Below, in pieces: positions 26,547 through 34,974 of a stretch of 59,702 nt of DNA. Numbering within the stretch: position 1 is the stretch's first letter; every line of letters begins with the position of its first letter. The position numbers were made by a program, and so were the translations under genes. The stretch covers positions 1-59,702 of the forward strand of contig CAZHDI010000010.1 in assembly GCA_964531285.1 (NCBI GenBank), in the 5' to 3' direction. Source of the stretch: an uncultured Alphaproteobacteria bacterium. GTDB lineage: Bacteria; Pseudomonadota; Alphaproteobacteria; JAJFIK01. The notes under the pieces were generated by a model, which was not told where the DNA came from, searched no databases, and worked only from the letters and a program-made list of their open reading frames with translations.

Positions 26547-28578
26547 TGGCGTACTGATTGTCCTGACCTGGCTTTTCGTTTCGATGCCATGGTCCGGTTC
26601 GCTGTCTTGGGCGCGGACGGACGCTTATCTCGATGTCTTGCGTCAGGGGGTGGTGCTGTCACAAGTCGGCCGGTGGGAGCAGGCCGCTGATCATTGGGCA
26701 AAGGGCCGGACCGCGCTCGATGCGACGGAAGGAATGTCGGATCAGGATCTGGCGCTGCTTGGCATTCTCCAGGCAATGGCTCTTGAGAAGACAGGCAATG
26801 CTCAGGCCTACGAGGTCTGGACGGATGCCCTGGCGGCCTTTCTGAAAGCGGGAACGCGATGGGAGGATTTTCGCGCCACGCTGGCAGGTCACTTGCGCGG
26901 AATGCAAATTTCGCGCGGATCCACCTTCTCGACTGAGGGCGTCATTACCGCCGATCAGAAGCCCGGTGACTTAATCCTTTCAAGCTTGGATTCCCTTCTT
27001 CAGTTCACGACTTATGACGGGCCAGCCCCGGGGCTTCAGCCGGTTCAACATCGCGTGGAAGAGCCTCTGACGGTTGCCCGATCGTATTTTCCGAGACCAC
27101 CCGCTATCTTGGCTGAGGACAATTCCACGGGCCCCAGGGGGCGGACCATCAGCGCTCCACAGGCTGGCGAGGGCGAGCGGTCGTCATCGAGAGTGATGCG
27201 CGGCGTACCCGAGATAGGGCCGGATGAGCTGAGTTCTGATCCAACGCAAAATCAATCGAAAACGGACGAATTTTCAGCAGGGTCGGGGGCACTCAATGGC
27301 GAGAGCGCCTTCAGTATGCGTTTCCCACCGGCGAGAAGCGGGGCCGAGGGTCCATCCGGGATGCTTTCGGGACCGACGCTAAGCCGTCGCCTCGATCGTC
27401 GTTCAGCCGGTGCTTTGAGCGAGGCTGATCGGGACGCCGCACGCCGGGCCTGGCGGTATATCGTAATGAACCGTCAGTCGAACACGGGGCTCGTGAACTC
27501 GGTTCAGACGTATCCCTATACGACCATGTGGGATCTGGGCAGCAGCATTGCGGCGATCGTCAGTGCTTTCCGGATTGGGATCATTGATGAGTGGGTGGTC
27601 GAAGACTATCTCGATAGAATGCTCCGCACATTAAGCGACATACCGCTTTATGACGGTGTCCTTCCGAACAGGGAATACGATACGCGTTCGGCGATGATGA
27701 CCGACCTGCGCAATCGGCAATCGTCCGTCGGCAGCGGGTATTCGTCCATCGATGTGGCGAGGCTATTGGTCTGGCTGGCTGTCATCAAGGAGCATTTTGA
27801 CACTTTTGCCGAACGGGTTGAGTCCATCGTGAGCCGATGGGATCTGACGCGCGTACATGACGGCGACGAATTTTACCGGGAGCTTCTCACGGCGGAAGGC
27901 ATCGACCGCAAGCAGGAAGGCCGGATGGGATATGAGCAGTATACGGCTCTTGCGTTTGCCCATTGGGGGATCGTTGTCCCTGGTGCGCATGACACTATGG
28001 AGTCGCGAACCGTGCGCCTCCACGATATTCCGATTCTCAAGGATACCCGGACGCCGAACCACCTCAATCTGGAACCGTTCCTGCTGGCCTTGATGGAGTT
28101 CGAAACACGGATGCCCGTGGTCGAAACACAGGCGGCGCGTCTGCTTGCGGCGCATGTAAAGCGGTACGAAGATACCGGCATTCTGTCCCTGTATACGGAG
28201 GATTCCATCGATCAAGCGCCGTGGTTTCTGTACAACACGGTCCTCGCAGATGCAGGGCCCTGGCGCTGCTTGACCTCCGCCGGGAAAGAGGCCGACCGGT
28301 GTCAAAGGCTGTCGACAAAGGCGGCGTTTGCGGCAGAGGCAGTCTTCGATTTGGACTACACGCGCATCGCCCGGCAACAGGTCATCGAGGGTGTGGATAT
28401 GCGCCGGGGCTATTATGCGGGCATCTATGAAGACGGAACGATGAACCGTGTTTTGACGGTCAATACCAATGCCATCATTCTCGAAGCGCTCGCTTTCAAA
28501 GCAGGTGGATCGAGGGCGTTCCTCGCCAATGCGTATGCGGATCCTGGCACAGCGACGGGCAGCCGTGCAGCGCGCTGA
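26539..28578 (+). CDS. DUF3131-like protein, paralogue 4, with N-terminal helical (TPR-like) region and low-complexity linker
   Basis: Signal peptide (SGSLSWA), ~130 aa helical region, ~150 aa Pro/Ser/Gly-rich linker. Then AWRYIVMN...TGLVNSVQTYPYTTMWDLGSS ... QEGRMGYEQYTA ... APWFLYNTVL. ATG overlaps the previous stop (ATGCGTAA). Confidence 0.75.
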   Translation: MRNGVLIVLTWLFVSMPWSGSLSWARTDAYLDVLRQGVVLSQVGRWEQAADHWAKGRTALDATEGMSDQDLALLGILQAMALEKTGNAQAYEVWTDALAAFLKAGTRWEDFRATLAGHLRGMQISRGSTFSTEGVITADQKPGDLILSSLDSLLQFTTYDGPAPGLQPVQHRVEEPLTVARSYFPRPPAILAEDNSTGPRGRTISAPQAGEGERSSSRVMRGVPEIGPDELSSDPTQNQSKTDEFSAGSGALNGESAFSMRFPPARSGAEGPSGMLSGPTLSRRLDRRSAGALSEADRDAARRAWRYIVMNRQSNTGLVNSVQTYPYTTMWDLGSSIAAIVSAFRIGIIDEWVVEDYLDRMLRTLSDIPLYDGVLPNREYDTRSAMMTDLRNRQSSVGSGYSSIDVARLLVWLAVIKEHFDTFAERVESIVSRWDLTRVHDGDEFYRELLTAEGIDRKQEGRMGYEQYTALAFAHWGIVVPGAHDTMESRTVRLHDIPILKDTRTPNHLNLEPFLLALMEFETRMPVVETQAARLLAAHVKRYEDTGILSLYTEDSIDQAPWFLYNTVLADAGPWRCLTSAGKEADRCQRLSTKAAFAAEAVFDLDYTRIARQQVIEGVDMRRGYYAGIYEDGTMNRVLTVNTNAIILEALAFKAGGSRAFLANAYADPGTATGSRAAR

Positions 28579-29143
28579 TTCAGCGGCCGAGTACTGCCTT
28601 GTGTTCGGCGGTCAGTCGCTTGATATGAGAGGTCGGAGACCATCATCGGATATCGAAGAACTGATTGGCAAAAGAGTATGTACGGCATACGGATAATAAT
28701 GCGCCGCTGCCATCGCGGCTTGCTGTCAGATCGAGGCTTTCGTCGGCCGACATGACCCTGATACTGCGCAGGGCGGATCCGGCACGAGTATATGGTCCGC
28801 CTATGGTCGATCAGATCCCCCGGGTCAAGCCTCCCAGGTCGAGACCCGCGGGCCATGGCTTCGAGCGATGATCCAGCGGCTGTCATCAGCACCGGGCGAA
28901 CCGGCATTGTGCCAAGAACCGTTCGGGCGCCGCAACGAGCGATATGACGGGCAAGGGACGAAACACAATCCCCGATGGCGCGATTGGTTAGCAATTAATT
29001 CCATCATGAGGGCTTCAAGGCGTTCAATCGCGACTGCGCGCGGTTGGCCCGCTGGCGGATTTCTGCAATTCTCCCGGTTAGAGGCGATGGGGGCATGTTG
29101 AGGCATGGTCGCCGCGCCAGACAAACAGCGAAGGGGAGTGGCT

Positions 29144-31219
29144 ATGCTCACGACATTCTCACGCCGGGTGCATGGGGTGTGCGCCGCCGCGCTTGGTGCC
29201 GCGATGCTCTGTGCCGTGCCGGCGATGGCGGATCCAATGACCATTGAGGACCTGGCCAAAATCCGGAGCGTGACCGGCGCGGTTGTATCGCCGGACGGGC
29301 AGCGCGTGGCGTACACGCTGGCCACACCGCGCGATGTGCTGAAGGGCGAGGAGGATGGACCGGCCCATCGGCATCTTTATATCGCGGGCGATGAGCCGGG
29401 CGATGGCCGGGCTTTCGTGACGGCGAAGAGTGGTGTCGGCGGGGTCCAATGGACACCGGATGGCACGATGATCACGTTCCGCGCCAAACGCGATGGCGAC
29501 ACGCATGGCGCGGTATACGGCATTCCGGTCGATGGCGGCGAGGCGACCCGGCTCTTCGCGCACAGTGCCGGGATCGGAGATTATCTGTGGGCGGATGACG
29601 GCGACCGGCTGTTTTTCGTCGCCACGGATAAGGCCGATCCGGTGGAAAAGCAACTGAAAGAGAAGGGCTTCAAAGCCCGTATCTATGAAGAAGATATTCC
29701 CTTCGGTCAGGTCTGGTCGGTCGATCTCACGGCCGATGAGCCGGCGGCGGAGCCGCTGCCACTGGAGGGACATGCGTCGTCGATCGAACTCTCGCCCGAC
29801 GGTGAAATGCTTGCGGTCGTGCTCGCGCCGACGCCGCTGGTCGATGACTCTCTGATGAGCCAGCGTATTCATCTGGTCTCGGTCGATGACCCCACCCAGA
29901 CCACGGTGATCGACACGCCCGGGAAGATTGGGCCCTACCGGTTTTCTCCGGATGGTGAGCATCTCGCCTTTCTGGCGGCCATCGACCGGGCCGACCCGAC
30001 TGCGGGCACGCTGATGATCGCCGATATCGGCACCGGCGCCTATGAGGCCCTTGACGCCGAGGCGCAAGCCCATGTGATGGATCTCGAATGGCTCGATAAC
30101 ACGACGGTTCTGGGCCTTCAGCATCGGGGCGTTCAAAGCGCGTTGATGGCCTATGGTCTTGATGGGTCGGTCACGGAGCGTGTCGTCCATGAGGATATGG
30201 TGGCGTTTTCCTTGGATTTGGCCACGCCCGACGGTATTCTGGCCATGACGGCCAGCGCACCGGATCATCCGTTTGCCCTCTATCTTGCGCAAAGCGATTT
30301 AGAGGCCCGGAAGTGGACGGCATATAATACGTGGCTGGAAGAGCGTGATCTGGCCGCTCAGACGGTCGTACGGTATGAAGCGCGCGATGGCGTTGAGATC
30401 GAAGGTCTTCTGATCACACCGAATGGGCGCAAGCCCCGGCGCGGTTGGCCGTTGATCATGGTGGTCCATGGCGGCCCGGAAGCCCATTATTCCAATAGCT
30501 GGCTGACCGGGTACAGCTCAGGCGGTCAAATCGCGGCGGGCGAAGGCTTTGCGCTCTTCTACCCGAACTATCGCGGGTCCACCGGGCGGGGCACGGCCTT
30601 TGCCAAGCTTGACCATCTCGATCCGCCTGCGGCGGAATTCAACGATGTCGTCGATGCCATCGGCGTGCTGGCCGAAGACGGACTGATCGACGAAACCAAG
30701 GTCGGTATCACCGGCGGGTCCTATGGCGGCTATGCCTCGGCATGGGGCGCAACAGCGTTGTCGGAGCATTTCGCGGCCAGCGTCGCGTTCGTTGCTCTGA
30801 CGGATCTGGTGTCGTTCGGCGGTACCACCGATATTCCCGTCGAAATGGTCGATGTTCATTTCATGGAATATCCGTGGGAAGATTGGCAACGAACCCTGGA
30901 GTCGAGCCCGATCTACCACGCGGGCAACTCCAAGACGCCCACGTTGATTCTGCACGGCGAAGCCGATCCCCGGGTGCATCCGGCCCAATCGCTGGAACTC
31001 TATCGGTATCTCAAGCTGCGGTCCGCAGCGCCGGTTCGGCTGGTGACCTATCCGGGCGAAGGACACGGCAACCGGATGGCTGCCGCGCGGATCGATTATG
31101 CCAAGCGGTTGATGCGGTGGATGACCCATTATCTGAAGGGACCGGGCGGGGAACCGCCGGCGGCGGATTTGGGTCTGGCCGAAACGCTGGGGCTCGAAAC
31201 CGGCGAAGGTGAAGACTGA
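29144..31219 (+). CDS. S9-family serine peptidase (prolyl oligopeptidase / dipeptidyl aminopeptidase type)
   Basis: Signal peptide, N-terminal beta-propeller region, C-terminal hydrolase with GGSYGGYAS nucleophile elbow and an HG...D...H pattern. Confidence 0.9.
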   Translation: MLTTFSRRVHGVCAAALGAAMLCAVPAMADPMTIEDLAKIRSVTGAVVSPDGQRVAYTLATPRDVLKGEEDGPAHRHLYIAGDEPGDGRAFVTAKSGVGGVQWTPDGTMITFRAKRDGDTHGAVYGIPVDGGEATRLFAHSAGIGDYLWADDGDRLFFVATDKADPVEKQLKEKGFKARIYEEDIPFGQVWSVDLTADEPAAEPLPLEGHASSIELSPDGEMLAVVLAPTPLVDDSLMSQRIHLVSVDDPTQTTVIDTPGKIGPYRFSPDGEHLAFLAAIDRADPTAGTLMIADIGTGAYEALDAEAQAHVMDLEWLDNTTVLGLQHRGVQSALMAYGLDGSVTERVVHEDMVAFSLDLATPDGILAMTASAPDHPFALYLAQSDLEARKWTAYNTWLEERDLAAQTVVRYEARDGVEIEGLLITPNGRKPRRGWPLIMVVHGGPEAHYSNSWLTGYSSGGQIAAGEGFALFYPNYRGSTGRGTAFAKLDHLDPPAAEFNDVVDAIGVLAEDGLIDETKVGITGGSYGGYASAWGATALSEHFAASVAFVALTDLVSFGGTTDIPVEMVDVHFMEYPWEDWQRTLESSPIYHAGNSKTPTLILHGEADPRVHPAQSLELYRYLKLRSAAPVRLVTYPGEGHGNRMAAARIDYAKRLMRWMTHYLKGPGGEPPAADLGLAETLGLETGEGED

Positions 31220-31241
31220 CCAGCCTCAGGATATCCTGCGG

Positions 31242-31268
31242 GGGCGCGGCCATGGTGCCGCGCCCTTT
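31242..31268 (+). terminator. Rho-independent terminator after the S9 peptidase gene
   Basis: GGGCGCGGC-catggt-GCCGCGCCC followed by TTT. Confidence 0.6.
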
Positions 31269-31326
31269 GCTATCCGGGCCGGCACATGCACCGCATGCGG
31301 TATAACATCGTTCAAAGAGGTGCGGC

Positions 31327-33027
31327 GTGACGGCCATCGAAACCCTAATCACGCTGGGCACCTGTGCCGTGTTCATGGCGCTGGTCGCGTGGTATTCCTA
31401 TCTCAAAACCCGGGGTGAGGTTCAAACCAAGGAAGGCTACTTCCTGGCCGGTCACGGGCTGAGCGCCACCTTCATCGCAGGGTCGCTGTTGCTGACCAAT
31501 CTGTCGGCGGAGCATATGGTCGGCCTGAACGGGTCGGCTTACAGCGCCAATATGAGCAGCATGGCCTGGGAGGTCACCGCGGCGGTGGCCACCATCCTGA
31601 TGGCGATGTTCTTTTTGCCGCGCTATCTCGCCGGCGCCTTCACAACGCTACCCGAATTTCTCGACACGCGCTTTGATGCCGATGTGCGGCGCATGACGGT
31701 CGTCCTGTTCATGGCCGGATACGGACTGATCACAATCCCATCGGTTCTGTATGCCGGATCAGTCGCGATTCTACAGATCTTTGACGTTGAAGCGTTGACG
31801 GGCTTGGCTTATTTCCCGGCGCTGGCATTGACCATTGCGGCCATTGCCGCGGTCGGCGCGCTCTATGCGATCTTTGGCGGCCTGCGGGCCGTGGCAATCT
31901 CGGATACGCTCAACGGCGTTGGCCTCCTGATCATCGGCGTGATCACGCCGGTTATGGGCCTCCTCGCCCTTGGCGGCGGCGATATCGGCGCTGGGCTGAC
32001 GATCCTGACAACGGCGTATCCGGAGAAGCTCGATGCCATTGGCAAGGCGTCCGATCCCATTCCGTTTGGGACCATTTTCACCGGTATGCTATTCGCCAAT
32101 CTCTTTTATTGGTGTACCAATCAGTATGTGATCCAGCGGACGTTGGGTGCGGCTTCCCTCAAAGAGGGCCAGAAAGGCGTTCTCGTGGCGGGCTATTTCA
32201 AGGTGCTCGTGCCGTTCATGCTGATGGTCCCGGGGGTGATCGCCTTTCATCTTTATGGGCCGGGCCTGTCATCCGTCGATCAGGCCTATCCCCGGCTGAT
32301 CCGCGACACGATGCCGGTTTATTTGACCGGGTTCTTCCTGGCTGTCTTTCTGGGCGCGGTGTTCAGTTCCTTCAATTCACTGCTCAACAGTGCGGCAACA
32401 CTGTTCACGCTCGACATCTATGCACCGATGAAGAAGACGACTTTGAGCGATGCCGACCTTATTCGCGTCGCCAAGCGGGTCAGCATCGTGATCGCCATAT
32501 TCTCGATCATGGCCGCGCCGATGCTCCATTTCGCCGAAGAAGGGCTGTGGCAGGTCGTCCGCGTCTTCACGGGGTTTTACAATATTCCGATCATCGCGAT
32601 TGTGCTGACCGGCCTTCTGACCCGTCATGTGCCGGCCATCGGCGCCAAGATCGCGATCATGTTTCATGTGGTCGCTTATGGTCTGCTGCGTTTTGTCTTT
32701 GAGGATACGATAACGCTCCATTTCCTCCATCAGTATGCGATCCTATTTGCGATCGAAGTCGGGATCATGCTTGTGGCCGGCCATTTGCGTCCGCGGACGG
32801 ATGTCCGGGAGACCAAACCGGCACGGGTGGTCGATCTGACGCCGTGGCGCTTTGCCATGCCGTGCTCGGTGACCCTCATGTCCTGCGTCTTCGCGCTGTA
32901 TCTGCTGTTGTCGGACTTCGGCGTCGCTTCGGGCCAGGGCTTATCGGTGGAATTCGGTGCAGCGATCGCCGGTCTGGCCGTGGTCAATGGGATGATCTGG
33001 CTGCGGACGGCCCGGCGCGTCATTTGA
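31327..33027 (+). CDS. sodium:solute symporter (SSF/SGLT family)
   Basis: 566 aa polytopic protein. YFLAGHGLSATFIAGSLLLTNLSAEHMVGLNGSAY is an SSF signature region. GTG start. Confidence 0.85.
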   Translation: MTAIETLITLGTCAVFMALVAWYSYLKTRGEVQTKEGYFLAGHGLSATFIAGSLLLTNLSAEHMVGLNGSAYSANMSSMAWEVTAAVATILMAMFFLPRYLAGAFTTLPEFLDTRFDADVRRMTVVLFMAGYGLITIPSVLYAGSVAILQIFDVEALTGLAYFPALALTIAAIAAVGALYAIFGGLRAVAISDTLNGVGLLIIGVITPVMGLLALGGGDIGAGLTILTTAYPEKLDAIGKASDPIPFGTIFTGMLFANLFYWCTNQYVIQRTLGAASLKEGQKGVLVAGYFKVLVPFMLMVPGVIAFHLYGPGLSSVDQAYPRLIRDTMPVYLTGFFLAVFLGAVFSSFNSLLNSAATLFTLDIYAPMKKTTLSDADLIRVAKRVSIVIAIFSIMAAPMLHFAEEGLWQVVRVFTGFYNIPIIAIVLTGLLTRHVPAIGAKIAIMFHVVAYGLLRFVFEDTITLHFLHQYAILFAIEVGIMLVAGHLRPRTDVRETKPARVVDLTPWRFAMPCSVTLMSCVFALYLLLSDFGVASGQGLSVEFGAAIAGLAVVNGMIWLRTARRVI

Positions 33028-33985
33028 TCAGCGAGGCCAGGACCCGCCGCTTGCCCTCGAACGGTCTGCGTCCGTGCATGACGAGGAAATTATCGATCAA
33101 CGCGACATCGCCCGTCTGCCACTCAAGGTCCCAGCTGAGGCGGTCGGACAGATCGATGGCGGTGGCCATATCCTCGGCCTGTAGCGGTGTGCCATCGCCG
33201 AAGGTAATGGCTTTGGAAGGATCGTTGCGTCCGTCCGCCCAGCCCCGATAGGCTGCAATCAACTGATTGAAGAAGACGCGGCGGCCATCGGGAAGGGTCC
33301 GCACGGCCGACAGAACCGGGGACGTGACACGCAGCGTATCACCCGATTGCCATGTCCAATCATAGCCGAGAGCCGAAAGGCGGGCCTCGGCGGCCGCTTT
33401 GGTTTCGGCGCCGAGTGTGCTTTTCCAACTGCGCCCCTGGCCGGATTGGGCGTCATTCTCCGCAGGCATCGTATTGCTGTAGCGCACGCCGAGGCGCTCG
33501 AAACGCGCCATGAGGTCCGGCGCCTGGGTCCACAAGTCGTCCAGAAGGATGTCCGAGCGGCACAGGGGCGTTGCACCGCCCTGGCCCGGGGCCTGTTCGC
33601 AGTAGAAAAACAGCTTGCTTGGATAGACCGGTGTCTGCGCCATTTCATGGTGCAGATAAATGCTCGTGGTGGGCGGGGCTTCATTGGCAGTGAAAACGCG
33701 CGGGGTGACATTGACCCTGACAGCGTTCGATAACGACTCCGCATAAGGAAAATTCTCGGCGCCATAGGCGAGAACCGCCTGATCGAAGGCTGTAGATTCC
33801 GGGACATCGAACCCGCGAAACAGGACCGCGCCCGTTGCGGCCAGCGCCGTGTCGATCCGCGCGCGCTCAGTCTCGATGAATTCCGGCAATACCCCGCCTC
33901 GTCCGGCCGAAAAAATCTCCGGGAAGGCATGTCCCTTCCAGGTCTGCTGCTGCGGTGCGCTTGGCGATGCGGCGGTCTCGGCCAT
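33020..33985 (-). CDS. Fe(II)/2-oxoglutarate dioxygenase, TauD/TfdA superfamily (H-x-E type)
   Basis: 321 aa. LHHEMAQ (the facial triad appears as H-x-E) and C-terminal NFLVMHGR. Confidence 0.8.
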   Translation of the reverse strand: MAETAASPSAPQQQTWKGHAFPEIFSAGRGGVLPEFIETERARIDTALAATGAVLFRGFDVPESTAFDQAVLAYGAENFPYAESLSNAVRVNVTPRVFTANEAPPTTSIYLHHEMAQTPVYPSKLFFYCEQAPGQGGATPLCRSDILLDDLWTQAPDLMARFERLGVRYSNTMPAENDAQSGQGRSWKSTLGAETKAAAEARLSALGYDWTWQSGDTLRVTSPVLSAVRTLPDGRRVFFNQLIAAYRGWADGRNDPSKAITFGDGTPLQAEDMATAIDLSDRLSWDLEWQTGDVALIDNFLVMHGRRPFEGKRRVLASLIK

Positions 33986-33995
33986 GGAGGACCCC

Positions 33996-34952
33996 TCAGT
34001 CGTAAATGGTACAAAAGGTGTTGAAGGCAGCTTCGCAGAACACGCCGGGATCGTTGAAACGTCGGTTTTTGTTCAGTCCCGAGATGGCTGCCATGTCCTG
34101 GTCCGATAGCGTGAAGTCCTGTATGTCGAGATTCTCACGCATCCTGGCGGGTTTGCTGGTCTTGGGAATCACGCCGAGCCCGCGTTGGATATTCCAACGC
34201 AAGACGATCTGCGCGGGGGTCTTGCCATGCGCCTGCGCGGCCGCGCGCACGGGTGCGGCGTTCAGCGCCGTTTCGCTCTCCTTGGCCATGTCGAGTTCAA
34301 CATAAGACAGGGCGCCCAGGGGCGAGAAGGCCGTGACGTTGAGGCCGAAAGTCTGGGCAAGGCGGACGAGTTTGTCCTGGGTGAGAAAGGGGTGCGCTTC
34401 AATCTGAAGAGTCGACGGGGCGGTACGCGCATAATTCATCAGATCGGTCAGGAGCGCCGCGTTGTAGTTGCACACGCCGATCTGCCGGACAAGCCCCTCG
34501 TCGACCAGTGCCTCCATGGCGGCCCAGGTTTCGTGAAGGGGCACTTTGGCGAACTGCATATTCGGTTTCTGTACGGATGGATCGGCGATCCATTCGGGCG
34601 GATAGCGCTCCTCGAAGGGAACATAGGCGAGGGCGATGGGAAAGTGGATCAAATAGAGATCGAGATAGTCGAGCCCCAGATCGCTCAGTGTGCGCATGAG
34701 AGCGGGCCGGACATGATCGGGGTGATGATAGGTGTTCCACAGCTTCGATGTGATCCACAAGTCGTCCCGCGTGCTCAAGCCGTCCGCCATGACGGCGGCA
34801 AGCCCTTCGCCGACCTCTCGTTCGTTGCCGTAATCTGCCGCACTGTCGAAATGCCGGTAGCCGGCGGCGGCGGCTTCTGTCACGAGGCGCGCGCAATCCG
34901 GTTTGGGCACCTTCCAAAGGCCAAAGCCGACGGGGGGGATGGTCGCGGGCAC
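33996..34952 (-). CDS. aldo/keto reductase (xylose/aldose-reductase-like)
   Basis: GFGLWKV ... AGYRHFDSAADYGNE ... IPKTSKPARMRENL. GTG start at 34952 is preceded by AGGAGG. The track ORF N-terminal extension (to 35408) is non-protein-like. Confidence 0.85.
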   Translation of the reverse strand: MPATIPPVGFGLWKVPKPDCARLVTEAAAAGYRHFDSAADYGNEREVGEGLAAVMADGLSTRDDLWITSKLWNTYHHPDHVRPALMRTLSDLGLDYLDLYLIHFPIALAYVPFEERYPPEWIADPSVQKPNMQFAKVPLHETWAAMEALVDEGLVRQIGVCNYNAALLTDLMNYARTAPSTLQIEAHPFLTQDKLVRLAQTFGLNVTAFSPLGALSYVELDMAKESETALNAAPVRAAAQAHGKTPAQIVLRWNIQRGLGVIPKTSKPARMRENLDIQDFTLSDQDMAAISGLNKNRRFNDPGVFCEAAFNTFCTIYD

Positions 34953-34974
34953 AAGGCGCCTCCTGCTGGCTGGA

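Noticed and set aside
28425-29325. Minus-strand ORFs of 189 aa and 166 aa in the gap after the glycan operon, considered as possible transposase or regulator remnants.
   Set aside because: No recognisable domain motif appears in any frame, the composition is Arg-rich, and the first ORF overlaps the 3' end of paralogue 4. The region is left as unassigned.
33020-34952. Idea that the TauD-family dioxygenase plus the AKR form an oxygenolytic sulfoquinovose (sulfonate-cleaving) pathway.
   Set aside because: The dioxygenase appears to use H-x-E (LHHEM) and not the H-x-D of TauD/AtsK-type sulfonate/sulfate dioxygenases. No GH31 sulfoquinovosidase or SQ-binding transporter is present. The idea is kept only as a weak alternative inside the sulfatase-cluster finding.
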